Shown: piece after piece, positions 1 to 10,189 of the stretch
How positions within the stretch are numbered: position 1 is the first letter of the stretch
Layout of the letters: every line of letters begins with the position of its first letter
Origin: Verrucomicrobiota bacterium
GTDB taxonomy: Bacteria; Verrucomicrobiota; Verrucomicrobiia; Limisphaerales; SXQI01
Reading direction: 5' to 3'
Length of the DNA: 64,000 nucleotides
Assembly (NCBI GenBank): GCA_033762115.1
Contig: JANRLX010000022.1
Coordinates: forward strand, 22,003-86,002
Translations under genes and position numbers: made by a program
The notes under the pieces: generated by a model
Told to the model about the DNA's origin: nothing
The model's database searches: none
What the model saw: only the letters and a program-made list of their open reading frames with translations

Positions 1-503
1 GGTTCATCGAGGAGGAGGAGCCTGGGAGTGGTGACGAGAGCGCGGGTGATTTCGAGGCGGCGCTTTTCCCCACCGCTCAGAGTGTAGGCCTTGCTGCGGG
101 CGAGGCGGGACATGTCCAGTTCATCCAGGAGGTAATTGAGGCGAATCTTACGTTCCTCGCGGGAGATGTTACAGGTTTCAAGAATGGCGAGGACATTCTG
201 CTCGACGGTGAGCTTGCGAAAAACGGAGGGTTCCTGGGTGAGGTAACCCATGCCAAGCCGGGCGCGCTGGTGCATGGGCAAAGGGGTGACGACTTTATCC
301 TCAAAGCGGACCTCACCCTGATCCGGGGAGACCACGCCGACGACCATATTGAAGGTGGTGGTTTTACCAGCGCCATTGGGCCCGAGCAGGCCAACGATCT
401 CCCCTGCCCTGACGGAGATGGAAACGCCGTTGACGACGCGGCGACCTTTGTACTGTTTGACGAGGTTTTTGGTGGTAAGCAGAAATGGATTGGTCTCGGG
501 CAT
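1..503 (-). CDS. lptB: LPS export ABC transporter ATP-binding protein (partial; 3' end runs off the window)
   Basis: Not in the ORF track. Manual translation: MPETNPFLLTTKNLVKQYKGRRVVNGVS...GLLGPNGAGKTTTF (Walker A)...LSGGEKRRLEITRALVTTPRLLLLDEP, a typical LptB signature. Confidence 0.9.
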   Translation of the reverse strand, partial: MPETNPFLLTTKNLVKQYKGRRVVNGVSISVRAGEIVGLLGPNGAGKTTTFNMVVGVVSPDQGEVRFEDKVVTPLPMHQRARLGMGYLTQEPSVFRKLTVEQNVLAILETCNISREERKIRLNYLLDELDMSRLARSKAYTLSGGEKRRLEITRALVTTPRLLLLDE

Positions 504-595
504 TGCTCCGATCAACGAAACATGCCGGGGGCTGCAAGGCAATTCATTTGTCGGGCTTGTCACGGTCAAAGGGGGGAGGTTAACTGGAGAAACTT

Positions 596-2755
596 ATGCG
601 CTCGCCTTTGTTGTTCCTGCTTTTTTCCATGATGCTCGGGGGAACGATTGCGGGGGAGTTTCGAGTTCTGAGAAGCGGGGAGATGAACGGAGATGCGCGG
701 CTGAAGCCATTGAAAGACCTGGATGGTTATTTCCGGTTTAAGCCTCCCGGAAGCCGCACTGAATGGGAGGCGCGACGGAAGGAACTTAAAAACCAGCTCC
801 AGGTAACGCTTGGGTTGTATCCACTTCCCACACGCACCCCGTTGAACGCGGTGATTCATGGGAGAATTGACCGGGGTGATTACGTGGTGGAGAAAGTTTA
901 TTTCGAGAGCGTTCCCGGATTTTTTGTCACTGGAAATTTGTATCGTCCGAAAACGGGAGGGAAACATGCAGCGGTGCTTTCGCCGCATGGGCATTGGGAA
1001 GGGGGAAGATTTCTTGATGCGGGGGTGGAAGGCGCGGCGAGGGAGATTGCGCAGGGAGCGGAAACGTTTGAGGCGGGCGGACGAAGTCCGTTGCAGGCGC
1101 GTTGTGTGCAACTGGCACGGATGGGGTGCGTGGTGTTTCATTATGACATGCTGGGTTATGCAGACAGCAGGCAGATTTCGATGGCTGTCGCGCATCAGTT
1201 CGCGAAGCAGCGTGCTGAAATGAACGGGAGGGCAGCCTGGGGGTTGTTCAGTCCGCAGGCTGAATCGCATTTCCAGAGTGTGGCAGGGTTGCAGACCTGG
1301 AACTCAATCCGGGCGCTGGATTTCCTGGAGACGTTGCCGGATGTGGATATGAAACGGATCGGGGTGACTGGAGCGAGCGGAGGAGGAACACAGACGTTTT
1401 TGCTGGGGGCATTGGATGAACGGGTGAGCGCGATTTTTCCGGCGGTGATGGTTTCGACGGCGATGCAGGGAGGTTGCACGTGCGAAAATGCGAGCGGGTT
1501 GCGAGTGGGAACAGGGAATGTGGAAATTGCGGGGCTTTTTGCACCGAAACCGTTGGGAATGACCGCAGCGGATGATTGGACGCGGGAGATGGAGCGAAAG
1601 GGATTTCCGGAGTTGCAGGAACTTTACAGGGTGTTGAAAGCGCCGGAAAATGTGATGCTCAAAGGTGCGCTGCAATTTGGACATAATTTCAACCAGATTG
1701 GCCGGAAGGCGATGTATCACTGGTTCAACACGCATCTCGGCCTGAAACAGCGGGAGCCGATCGAGGAGCGGGATTTTCAACGGCTCTCACGGGAGGAATT
1801 AACGGTGTGGAATGGGGAGCATCCGCAACCATCAGGAGGAGCGGAGTTTGAGCGGGGATTATTGCAATGGTTTGTGAAGGATGCGGAGGAGCAACTTTCG
1901 CGAGTCAAGGAACTGAAGGCATTCTCGGCATTGGTGGGCCCGGCATTGAAGGTGGTGGTGGGAAGGACGCCTGAGCAGGTGGAAAAAGTGACGTTCGACG
2001 TTCGGAACAAGATGGATGAAGGGAAGCATTGGGAGATTGGAGGGATGCTGGTGAACGAAACGCATTGCGAAGCGTTACCGACGTTGTTTTTGCATCCGAA
2101 AGAGTGGAACGGCAGCACGATTGTGTGGTTGCATCCGAAAGGAAAAGAAAGTTCGGGGGCAGGCAACGGGCTTCACCCGCTGGCAGCGGAGTTCCTGAGC
2201 GCGGGAGCCACGGTGGTGGGGATTGACCTGTTGTATCAGGGAGAGTTCGTGAATGGGGAGGAGCTTGTTCGCGCTCCAAAAGTAGCCAACCCGAGGGAGG
2301 CAGTGGCTTATACCTACGGTTACAATTATTCGCTGAGCGCCAAACGTGCGCACGATCTGCTGAGCCTGCTGTCGTTCATTAAAAATCATGAACAGCAATC
2401 GAAGCAGGTCATTGTGATTGCGCATGGAAATACAGCGTCGTTGGCGGCAGCGGCATGGGCGTTGGGAGGCGACTTGATGAGTGGCGCAGCGCTGGAACTG
2501 GACGGGTTTCGGTTCACGGATGTGATGGATATTTATTCACCGGAGTTATTGCCGGGGGGAGGAAAATATGGGGATGTGGATGGGATGCTGGCCGTTGGGG
2601 CGGGGAAATTGCTGGTGAGAGATGAGCGCCCATTGCCGATGACGGAGCGTTTTTTGGGAAACCGGTTTAAATGGAGCCAGGCGTTTGGGGCGGAAGAGGT
2701 GAGCGCCTGGGTGAAGGATTTGATGAATGGGCAGAGCAGTTCCGCATCAGAATAA
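596..2755 (+). CDS. Secreted alpha/beta hydrolase, acetylxylan-esterase-like
   Basis: 719-aa ORF with a signal peptide, GASGGG nucleophile elbow, and VEKVYFES.PG..VTGNLYRP and GGCTCEN motifs typical of PVC-group esterases. Confidence 0.75.
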   Translation: MRSPLLFLLFSMMLGGTIAGEFRVLRSGEMNGDARLKPLKDLDGYFRFKPPGSRTEWEARRKELKNQLQVTLGLYPLPTRTPLNAVIHGRIDRGDYVVEKVYFESVPGFFVTGNLYRPKTGGKHAAVLSPHGHWEGGRFLDAGVEGAAREIAQGAETFEAGGRSPLQARCVQLARMGCVVFHYDMLGYADSRQISMAVAHQFAKQRAEMNGRAAWGLFSPQAESHFQSVAGLQTWNSIRALDFLETLPDVDMKRIGVTGASGGGTQTFLLGALDERVSAIFPAVMVSTAMQGGCTCENASGLRVGTGNVEIAGLFAPKPLGMTAADDWTREMERKGFPELQELYRVLKAPENVMLKGALQFGHNFNQIGRKAMYHWFNTHLGLKQREPIEERDFQRLSREELTVWNGEHPQPSGGAEFERGLLQWFVKDAEEQLSRVKELKAFSALVGPALKVVVGRTPEQVEKVTFDVRNKMDEGKHWEIGGMLVNETHCEALPTLFLHPKEWNGSTIVWLHPKGKESSGAGNGLHPLAAEFLSAGATVVGIDLLYQGEFVNGEELVRAPKVANPREAVAYTYGYNYSLSAKRAHDLLSLLSFIKNHEQQSKQVIVIAHGNTASLAAAAWALGGDLMSGAALELDGFRFTDVMDIYSPELLPGGGKYGDVDGMLAVGAGKLLVRDERPLPMTERFLGNRFKWSQAFGAEEVSAWVKDLMNGQSSSASE

Positions 2756-2776
2756 GAATTTGGTGACAGAGATTTC

Positions 2777-3073
2777 ATGCTGACCCGATCAGACGCGAGA
2801 AGAAGGTGGTTTGGAACATTGTTCCTGTTGCTGGCTTTTGGATTGTTGATCTGGGGACAAACTCTCCTGAAATCGTGGCTGCAAAGCAGCCCTGTTTTGT
2901 ATGTGGTTTACTGGCTTGGATGCATGAGTTTTACGTTGATGGCGCTTTTGGTGGCAGCCCTGGACCTGTTTATCATCCGGAGCCGGACGCGGGATGAAAA
3001 AGACAAACTGGTCAAGGAAGCGCTGGAAAAAGCCAGGCGGGAAGCGGGATTGCCGGATGAAACGGACGAATGA
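2777..3073 (+). CDS. Hypothetical membrane protein (2 TM helices)
   Basis: 98-aa ORF with two hydrophobic segments and a charged tail; fills the gap between neighbouring genes. Confidence 0.7.
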   Translation: MLTRSDARRRWFGTLFLLLAFGLLIWGQTLLKSWLQSSPVLYVVYWLGCMSFTLMALLVAALDLFIIRSRTRDEKDKLVKEALEKARREAGLPDETDE

Positions 3074-5092
3074 TCATCCCCATGGATTGGTGGTGACGAG
3101 ATTCCATTCCTCAAACAACTGTTTGGGAAGTTCAGAGAGGAATTGAGAGGGTTGTTGCATGGATGCCCCTTCACCACGGGTGAAGCGGATCAGCGGGTAA
3201 GAGAGATAAAGTTCCTGTTTGGCGCGAGTGATGGCGACGTAAAACAACCGCCGCTCCTCTTCGAGGACTTCGGGGCGGTCGAGCGACCTGATGCTGGGAA
3301 AGAGTCCTTCGCACAGCATCAAAATGAAGACGACCTGATATTCAAGGCCCTTGGCCTGATGAATCGTCGAGAGGCGGAGTAGTTCATCGTCATTACCGGG
3401 GCGGTCCTCTTCCGATTCGATGTTGGTGAGGAGGGCGAGCTGGCTGAGGAATTCCTCAGTGGATTTGAACTGGGCGGCAAAATTGGCGAGTTGTTCGATT
3501 TCCTCCTTGCGGTTGAGGTAATTGGAAAAAGCCTCTTTCAAGTAGTCGATGTAACCTGCTTCCATGATCAGGCGGATCATTTCAGCCGGTCTTGAGGAAA
3601 TCGGGGGATGTTCGAGTTGTGAGATGGTGGCGGTGAACTGGGCCCACGCGACCTCAGTTTTTTTGGGCGCCTTTGCGGCACTGCGCTGCAACGCGGTGGC
3701 GATTGGGGATTTGGCGCTGGCTACGACGTTTGCGAGTTCCGCCTGGAATGTGTCCCAGAGTTTTTCGGCGGCCTTGCCCCCAACGCCGGGCATCAGGCGA
3801 ACGATTCGCTTGAAAGCGATTTCATCGGAGGGGTTCGCCACGAATTTGAGATAGGCAGCGACATCCTTGATATGTGCCTGCTCAAAAAAGCGGATGCCGC
3901 TGGTAATGCTGAAGGGAATGTTCCGGCGGGTCAGTTCGAGTTGCAATTCGAGAGCGTGAAAGTGGGAGCGGTAAAGAACGGCGATTTCATTAAGGTTCGT
4001 TCCTTCCTCGCGCAGTTCGAGGACTCGTTGCGCAATAAATGCGGCCTGGACGGCGGCATCCCCACAGGGAACGAGGACAGGTTTGGAACCGGATTTTTTG
4101 TTTGAAACCAGCTGTTTGGAGTATTGCCGGGTATTGGCGGCAATCGCGGCGTTGGCGAGCGAGAGAATCTCGGGAGTGCTGCGATAATTGGTTTCGATTT
4201 TGTAAACCTTTGCGCCGGGATAGCGTTTGGGAAACTCGAGAATGTTGAGGAAGTTGGCCCCGCGCCAGGAGTAGATGCTTTGTGAATCGTCCCCCACCAC
4301 GGTGACATTGTGATGACGGGCGGCGAGCAGGTCGATCAGGTCGCTTTGAAGCTTGTTGGTGTCCTGGTATTCATCGACGAGAAGAAACTGGAACCGTTTT
4401 TGGTAAAATTCGCAGACCGAAGGGTGTTCCTTGAGAAGGCGGTACCAAAGGACCAGAAGATCATCGAAATCCATGACGTTGCTGGATTTTTTTCGGACGG
4501 AAAACTGGACCTGGATTTGTCCCAAAACGGAAGCCCCTTGTTGAAAGTGGGGATAATCCTCCTCAAGGATTTGAGGAATGCTTTTTTCCGTGTTCACAAC
4601 CATGGAAAAAATATCGGCAATGACATCCGCCTTGGGAAAACGGGATTCGGTGACGTCGATTTTGGCGTCATCGACCGCGGCTTTGAGGAGGTCTTTTGCA
4701 TCTTCCCGGTCGAGAATGGTGAAATCCGGTTTGTAGCCGAGAAGTGCGGCATGTTTCCGAAGGATACGGTTGCCGATGGAATGGAAGGTGCCTCCCCAGA
4801 GGGAGGAAATATCGTGACCGAGCACGTCGGCGACGCGCCGCATCATTTCACGCGCGGCTTTGTTGGTGAAGGTCAGGAGTAAAATGCGTTCGGGAGGAAT
4901 TCCCTGCTCGAGAAGGTAGGCCACGCGATAGGTCAGGGTGCGCGTTTTGCCGGAACCGGCACCGGCAATGACGAGGGAGGGAGCAGGCAGAGCGGTGACA
5001 GCCTCGTACTGTTGCGGATTAAGCTCTGCGGCGTAATCGATTTGCAGGCGAACATCCGTTTGGAAGGGTTGAAGGATGTAATCTCGTGACAT
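3074..5092 (-). CDS. uvrD: UvrD/PcrA/Rep-family ATP-dependent DNA helicase
   Basis: SF1 motifs AGAGSGKT, TFTNKAA, VDEYQDTN, VGDDSQSIYSWRGA, STIHQAKGLE and EERRLFYVAITRAK. Confidence 0.92.
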   Translation of the reverse strand: MSRDYILQPFQTDVRLQIDYAAELNPQQYEAVTALPAPSLVIAGAGSGKTRTLTYRVAYLLEQGIPPERILLLTFTNKAAREMMRRVADVLGHDISSLWGGTFHSIGNRILRKHAALLGYKPDFTILDREDAKDLLKAAVDDAKIDVTESRFPKADVIADIFSMVVNTEKSIPQILEEDYPHFQQGASVLGQIQVQFSVRKKSSNVMDFDDLLVLWYRLLKEHPSVCEFYQKRFQFLLVDEYQDTNKLQSDLIDLLAARHHNVTVVGDDSQSIYSWRGANFLNILEFPKRYPGAKVYKIETNYRSTPEILSLANAAIAANTRQYSKQLVSNKKSGSKPVLVPCGDAAVQAAFIAQRVLELREEGTNLNEIAVLYRSHFHALELQLELTRRNIPFSITSGIRFFEQAHIKDVAAYLKFVANPSDEIAFKRIVRLMPGVGGKAAEKLWDTFQAELANVVASAKSPIATALQRSAAKAPKKTEVAWAQFTATISQLEHPPISSRPAEMIRLIMEAGYIDYLKEAFSNYLNRKEEIEQLANFAAQFKSTEEFLSQLALLTNIESEEDRPGNDDELLRLSTIHQAKGLEYQVVFILMLCEGLFPSIRSLDRPEVLEEERRLFYVAITRAKQELYLSYPLIRFTRGEGASMQQPSQFLSELPKQLFEEWNLVTTNPWG

Positions 5093-5234
5093 TGCGTTAG
5101 GTCGAAGGAGCGCGTGCGCAGATCGGATTTCGATTCATCTGTTTATTTTACTGAAAGGAGACGCTTCTGAAAGAACCCTTTTGCGGTACCCTATACATTT
5201 TGCTGCCGGGAAGTATTTTATGATGGGAACATGC

Positions 5235-6233
5235 ATGAAACAGGAGGTGTTGATAGAGGGCGGCGGGGGGATGCGGAAGGGGGAACGAAATCGAACCGGG
5301 CAGACGCTGGAATCGATCAAAATTCCTTCCGATGAAAAGGATGTGGAACTGAAGGTTGGCCGGCGGACGGTGAAGTTGACCAACCTGCACAAACCTTTCT
5401 GGAACATTCCGCTGATCACCAAAGGGGACCTGATTCAGTATTATGCGGATGTTTCCACGCTGTTGCTGCCGCATTTGCAGGACCGGGCGATGGTGATGAA
5501 GCGTTATCCCAACGGGGCTGAAGGAGAATTCTTTTTTCAAAAACGGGCCCCGGAACCACGTCCTGAATGGATTGATATTTGTGAGATCGAACACTCTTCG
5601 GGAAATGTCATTGCGTTTCCTGTGGTGCGGGACCTGGCCTCACTCCTTTGGGTGGTGAACCTCGGTTGCATTGACCTGAACCAATGGTATGGGCGTTGTG
5701 ATGATGTGGATCGGCCGGATTACCTGCATTTTGACCTTGATCCAGTGGAGGGGGCGGATTTTTCGAAGGTGCGGGAAACAGCGTTGCTGGTGCATGAGGC
5801 ATTGGAAGGATTGAAAGCGCCAAATTTTGTGAAAACCACCGGATCGCGTGGAATCCACATTTATGTGCCAATCAAGCGCGGGCCTTTGCAGAAGCAGGTT
5901 TGGACCTTTGCGAAAACGTTCGCGCAAAGCATGGAGCGAATGTATCCGGACCTTGTCACGGCGGAGTATCGAATTGCAAAACGGCCCAAGGGACATGTGC
6001 TGGTGGATTACAACCAGAATGCCTGGGGGCGAACACTTTCGTCCGTTTATTCTGTCCGGCCAAAACCGAATGCGCCGGTTTCAACACCGGTGACCTGGGA
6101 AGAGGTCCGAGATGGAATCGAGATCGAGGATTTTACCTTGAGCAATGTGCGGGAACGGCTGACAAAAGAAGGGGATCTTTGGAAGCCGATTGTGCAGGAG
6201 CGGGGGCGGTTCGAGCTGGAAACGCTTTTATGA
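5235..6233 (+). CDS. Stand-alone LigD-type polymerase (AEP primase-polymerase, Prim-PolC-like)
   Basis: RYPNG..GEFFFQK, FDLDP, KTTGSRGIHIYVP, VLVDYNQN and YSVRP motifs. Start uncertain (5181, 5235 or 5271). Confidence 0.88.
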   Translation: MKQEVLIEGGGGMRKGERNRTGQTLESIKIPSDEKDVELKVGRRTVKLTNLHKPFWNIPLITKGDLIQYYADVSTLLLPHLQDRAMVMKRYPNGAEGEFFFQKRAPEPRPEWIDICEIEHSSGNVIAFPVVRDLASLLWVVNLGCIDLNQWYGRCDDVDRPDYLHFDLDPVEGADFSKVRETALLVHEALEGLKAPNFVKTTGSRGIHIYVPIKRGPLQKQVWTFAKTFAQSMERMYPDLVTAEYRIAKRPKGHVLVDYNQNAWGRTLSSVYSVRPKPNAPVSTPVTWEEVRDGIEIEDFTLSNVRERLTKEGDLWKPIVQERGRFELETLL

Positions 6234-7270
6234 ACTCGCAGGTGAAACCACCATTTCTCCCAATGGAAGCGTTGCTGGTGGATGAAATTCCAGAAGGGCC
6301 GCAATGGCAGTATGAACCGAAATGGGATGGATTTCGGTGCCTTGTGTTTCGCGAGGGCGATGAGGTGCAGTTGCAATCGAAATCAGGGCAGCCGCTGGGG
6401 CGATATTTCCCGGAATTGGTTGCCGCGATCCAGGCACTAAAACCGAAACGTTTCGTGATTGATGGAGAGATCGTGATTCCAGTGGGCACAGGGATTTCGT
6501 TCGATGAATTGCTGATGCGAATTCACCCGGCGGCGAGCCGGATCAGGAAACTTGCAGCGGAGCATCCGGCGCTGTTGATTGTGTTTGATATTCTGGATGA
6601 TGGCAGCACGGAGGATTTGTTTGAACAGCCTCTGCAAACCCGGCGAACGGTGCTGGAGGCGTTTGCGCAACGTTATTTCAAAGGAGAGCAGGTGCGTCTT
6701 TCACCAAAGACGATGGACCAGGACCTGGCGAGAAACTGGCTGGACCGAACGAACGAAAATCTGGATGGGATCATTGCCAAACGAATTGACCTGCCATACG
6801 CCAGCGGGGAACGGAGTACGATGCAGAAGATCAAAAAAATCCGGACAGCGGATTGTGTGGTGGGTGGATTTCGCTACGGAAGTAAAAGCAAATTAGTGGG
6901 GTCGCTGCTGCTGGGGTTGTATGAAAATGGGTTGCTGCATCATGTTGGTTTTTGTTCGGGAATCAAAACCACAGACAAGGCGGCGTTGACCGGGAAACTG
7001 GAAAAGCTGATCGAACCGCCTGGATTTACCGGGCGCGCGCCGGGCGGGCCGAGTCGTTGGAGCAGCGAACGTTCGACAGAATGGAATCCGTTGAAGCCGC
7101 AGTTGGTGGTTGAGGTGGCTTACGATCATTTCACAGGCGGGCGATTTCGGCATGGGACCAAACTGGTGCGATGGCGACCGGACAAGGCAGCGGAGCAATG
7201 CGGGATGGAACAGGTCCAGCAACACTCGGTGCAGGCACTCCGGGTTACTGGAGGCAGCGTGACGGCCTGA
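6230..7270 (+). CDS. ATP-dependent DNA ligase (LigC-like)
   Basis: Motif I YEPKWDGFR, IDGEIV, FDIL, and C-terminal RFRHGT...WRPDK. ATG at 6230 overlaps the upstream stop (ATGA). Confidence 0.9.
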   Translation: MNSQVKPPFLPMEALLVDEIPEGPQWQYEPKWDGFRCLVFREGDEVQLQSKSGQPLGRYFPELVAAIQALKPKRFVIDGEIVIPVGTGISFDELLMRIHPAASRIRKLAAEHPALLIVFDILDDGSTEDLFEQPLQTRRTVLEAFAQRYFKGEQVRLSPKTMDQDLARNWLDRTNENLDGIIAKRIDLPYASGERSTMQKIKKIRTADCVVGGFRYGSKSKLVGSLLLGLYENGLLHHVGFCSGIKTTDKAALTGKLEKLIEPPGFTGRAPGGPSRWSSERSTEWNPLKPQLVVEVAYDHFTGGRFRHGTKLVRWRPDKAAEQCGMEQVQQHSVQALRVTGGSVTA

Positions 7271-7314
7271 AATAGGGGGTTGGATCAATTTCGGCGGTTC
7301 GCTATGCTCGTTGC

Positions 7315-8601
7315 ATGAACGCGAGCATTTTTTCCCTGTTTTTATTTGTTACCGTCCTGGTGGCGCAGGAAAAACCTGCTGATCCATACTTCGATAAATA
7401 TCTCCCCACTCCCGCGCCGAAACCGGAACGCCTGTTGTTGGAAAAAGGGGACCGGCTGGCAATTTGCGGTGATTCGATCACGGAGCAAAAAATGTATTCC
7501 AGGGTGATGGAAACCTACCTGACAGTTTGCGTGCCGGAGCTGGAGGTGAGTGTGCGCCAGTATGGATGGGGCGGTGAAAAAGCGCCGGGGTTTTTACGAC
7601 GGATGACCAATGACGTGCTGCGGTTCAAGCCGACAATCGCCACGACCTGTTACGGGATGAACGACCATGAGTATCGCGATTATGAAGAGCGGATCGGGAA
7701 CCAATATCGTGATGCTTCGCGCGCGATCATTCGGGCATTCAAGTATCATGGAGTCCGCGTGGTTCATGGGTCACCCGGCCCGGTGGGAAAGGTGCCGCAC
7801 TGGACGAAATCTGACTCTTACAGCAAGGAACAACTGAACCTGAACTTATTAAACCTGAGAAATATTGGTGTGGAACTGGCGAATGAGGAGAAGGTCGGTT
7901 TTGCGGATGTGTTCTGGCCGATGTTTGTGTCGGAGCATCTGGCGCGAAAACAGTATGGAGAGGATTATGCCGTGGCGGGCAAGGATGGGGTCCATCCGGG
8001 ATGGGCCGGGAGTTTTATCATGGCGTATTCGTTCCTCAAGGCGCTTGGATTGGATGGTGAGTTGGGTTCGTTCACACTGGACCTGGCAAGCAACCAGGTG
8101 AAGCCAAGTGAGGGACATCGCGTGCTTTCATCGCGGGCCGGAATCTTTGAAGTCGAAAGTTCCCGTTATCCATTTTGCGCGCCGAAAGGAGACCCGCGGA
8201 ACGATGACAGCATCCTTTCAGGAATGACGCTGGTGCCGTTCAACCGGGAGTTGAACCGATTCATGTTGCGAATCAGGAACCCGGAAGCGGCGCGTTACAA
8301 GGTGACGTGGGGAGAAAGTTCAAAGAGCTTTGATGCGGCTGTGCTGAAGGAAGGAATCAACCTGGCTGCGGAATTCCCGCAAAACCCATTTTCAGAAGCA
8401 TTCGCAAAAGTGGATGAAGCAGTGGGGGCGAAACAGGCGTATGAAACGCGCCAGATCAAGATGTTGTTTCATGGAGAAGAGGGGCGGGCGGACAAGGATT
8501 TGACGGCCACCTTAACGGAAAAAGCCCGTGCTCCGCTGGTGAAGGCGATCCAGGCACAGTTCAGGCCGGTGACCCACACCATCAGGGTGGAGGCGGAATA
8601 A
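7315..8601 (+). CDS. SGNH/GDSL hydrolase family protein, secreted
   Basis: GDSITE, GMND and DGVHP blocks; signal peptide. Confidence 0.85.
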   Translation: MNASIFSLFLFVTVLVAQEKPADPYFDKYLPTPAPKPERLLLEKGDRLAICGDSITEQKMYSRVMETYLTVCVPELEVSVRQYGWGGEKAPGFLRRMTNDVLRFKPTIATTCYGMNDHEYRDYEERIGNQYRDASRAIIRAFKYHGVRVVHGSPGPVGKVPHWTKSDSYSKEQLNLNLLNLRNIGVELANEEKVGFADVFWPMFVSEHLARKQYGEDYAVAGKDGVHPGWAGSFIMAYSFLKALGLDGELGSFTLDLASNQVKPSEGHRVLSSRAGIFEVESSRYPFCAPKGDPRNDDSILSGMTLVPFNRELNRFMLRIRNPEAARYKVTWGESSKSFDAAVLKEGINLAAEFPQNPFSEAFAKVDEAVGAKQAYETRQIKMLFHGEEGRADKDLTATLTEKARAPLVKAIQAQFRPVTHTIRVEAE

Positions 8602-8615
8602 AGTCAACGGTTCGC

Positions 8616-9977
8616 TTAAGTGGCGAGCTGGTCCAGCTTCCCTGAGGAATCGCCGATGCGAGGAACAGAAACCCCGGCGCGGTCCAGCATGGAAAGGAAC
8701 AGGTTGGCCATTGGGGTTTCCGAAGCATACTTGATATGGCGACCGGGTGTGACGGTGCCGCCAGCCTTTCCGGCGAGGAGGACCGGGAGGTTTTCATGCT
8801 CATGGCGATTGCCGTCCGCAAGGCCGCTTCCATAGACGATCATGCAATTATCAAGGAGCGAGCCGCTGCCTTCCTTCACGGATTTCATGCGTTCGAGGAA
8901 ATAGGCGAACTGGCGTGAGTGGAAGGTGTTGATTTTGGCGATTTTCGATTTTTTCTCCTGATTTCCGCCGTGATGGGAGAGATCGTGATGGCCGTCCGAA
9001 ACGCCGATGAATGGATAAGGGCGGTTGCTGCCGTCGTGGGCGACAACGAACGTGCTGATCCGGGTGGTGTCAGTCTGGAAGGCGAGAAGCATGAGGTCGT
9101 ACATCAACCGGATATGCTGCTCATAATCTTCGGGGATGCCGCTGGGTTTTTGGAAATCAGGTTGTTGGGAAGCGAATTTTTGGGCACGCTCGATGCGTTG
9201 CTCGAGTTCACGAACGGCTGTGAGATATTCATCGAGCTTGCGCTGGTCTGTCCGGCCCAGATTGGATTTCAAGCGTTTGGCATCATCCATGGCGAAGTCG
9301 AGGACGCTTTTTTGAAATTTATCGCGGCGAGCGGCTGCCTCTGCTGATTCGGCAGGACGATTGGTGGCAAACAGGCGTTCAAAGACGAGCCGGGGGTCCA
9401 CTTCCGGAGGGAGGGGAGTGGATTCTGTTTTCCAGGAAATATTGTAGGAATAAGCGCAGCTGTAACCGGAATCACAGTTGCCCGCCTGCTGTCCACGATC
9501 GCAGCCGATTTCCAGGGAGGAAAGGCGGGTGAGGTGACCAATCTTTTGAGCGGCGAGTTGATCGACGGAAACGCCAGCCTTGATATCCGCGCCATCGGTT
9601 TTGCGCGGGCGAGCGCCAGTGAGGAAGGTGGCGGAAGCGCGGGCATGGTCCCCTGCCCCATCAGCGCCAGCGCGACCATTATTATGGGTCAGACCGGAGA
9701 TGACGTTGACATATTCCTGAACCGGCTGGAGCGGCTGAAGAATGGGAGGCAGATCGTAACCGGCACCAAGATTTTTTGGGGTCCAATCCTCCATGTTTGC
9801 GCCGTTGGGAACATAGACAAAAGCCATGCGAAGCGGAGCTGCGGAGCCATTGGCGGATTTGGCAGCAGCCTGCACTGCGGGAGTCATCGCTTCCAACAAT
9901 GGCAATGCCATTGCGGTTCCCAATCCTTTCAAAAACGTCCTGCGAGGCAGATGCCAGTTTTTTGTCATAACGCGCAT
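8616..9977 (-). CDS. DUF1552 domain-containing protein (Tat-like N-terminus)
   Basis: RRTFLKGLG.AMALPLLEAM, GDHARA, CDSGYSCAY..NISW, HHDLSHH and GNRHEHENLP motifs. Start may be 9968. Confidence 0.85.
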   Translation of the reverse strand: MRVMTKNWHLPRRTFLKGLGTAMALPLLEAMTPAVQAAAKSANGSAAPLRMAFVYVPNGANMEDWTPKNLGAGYDLPPILQPLQPVQEYVNVISGLTHNNGRAGADGAGDHARASATFLTGARPRKTDGADIKAGVSVDQLAAQKIGHLTRLSSLEIGCDRGQQAGNCDSGYSCAYSYNISWKTESTPLPPEVDPRLVFERLFATNRPAESAEAAARRDKFQKSVLDFAMDDAKRLKSNLGRTDQRKLDEYLTAVRELEQRIERAQKFASQQPDFQKPSGIPEDYEQHIRLMYDLMLLAFQTDTTRISTFVVAHDGSNRPYPFIGVSDGHHDLSHHGGNQEKKSKIAKINTFHSRQFAYFLERMKSVKEGSGSLLDNCMIVYGSGLADGNRHEHENLPVLLAGKAGGTVTPGRHIKYASETPMANLFLSMLDRAGVSVPRIGDSSGKLDQLAT

Positions 9978-10189
9978 TGATACACTGTTCGGGGTTATTA
10001 GACGAAGTAGATTGGCAACTTCTTCAAACAGAGGGGAGAATTTTTATGGGTTGAGTCCGGGATATTTCAAAAGCACCGGTGGTGGGAGCGTCAAAACGGG
10101 CAAGGGCCCACATTATCGATCTGTTTGTTACCTGAGAGGCCGCATGGATTCCAGTTGCCGAACGCAGTGGCTGGTTTAAGTTGGGCGGA

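Noticed and set aside
5093..5234. SOS box upstream of uvrD and the polymerase-ligase pair
   Set aside because: No TGTTC-N4-GAACA (Verrucomicrobia LexA-type) match was found by eye.
5900..6229. N-terminal extension of the ligase ORF
   Set aside because: It overlaps the polymerase CDS; the coupled ATG at 6230 gives a normal-length LigC.
5235..7270. Calling this a canonical NHEJ (Ku-LigD) locus
   Set aside because: No Ku gene or phosphoesterase domain in the window.
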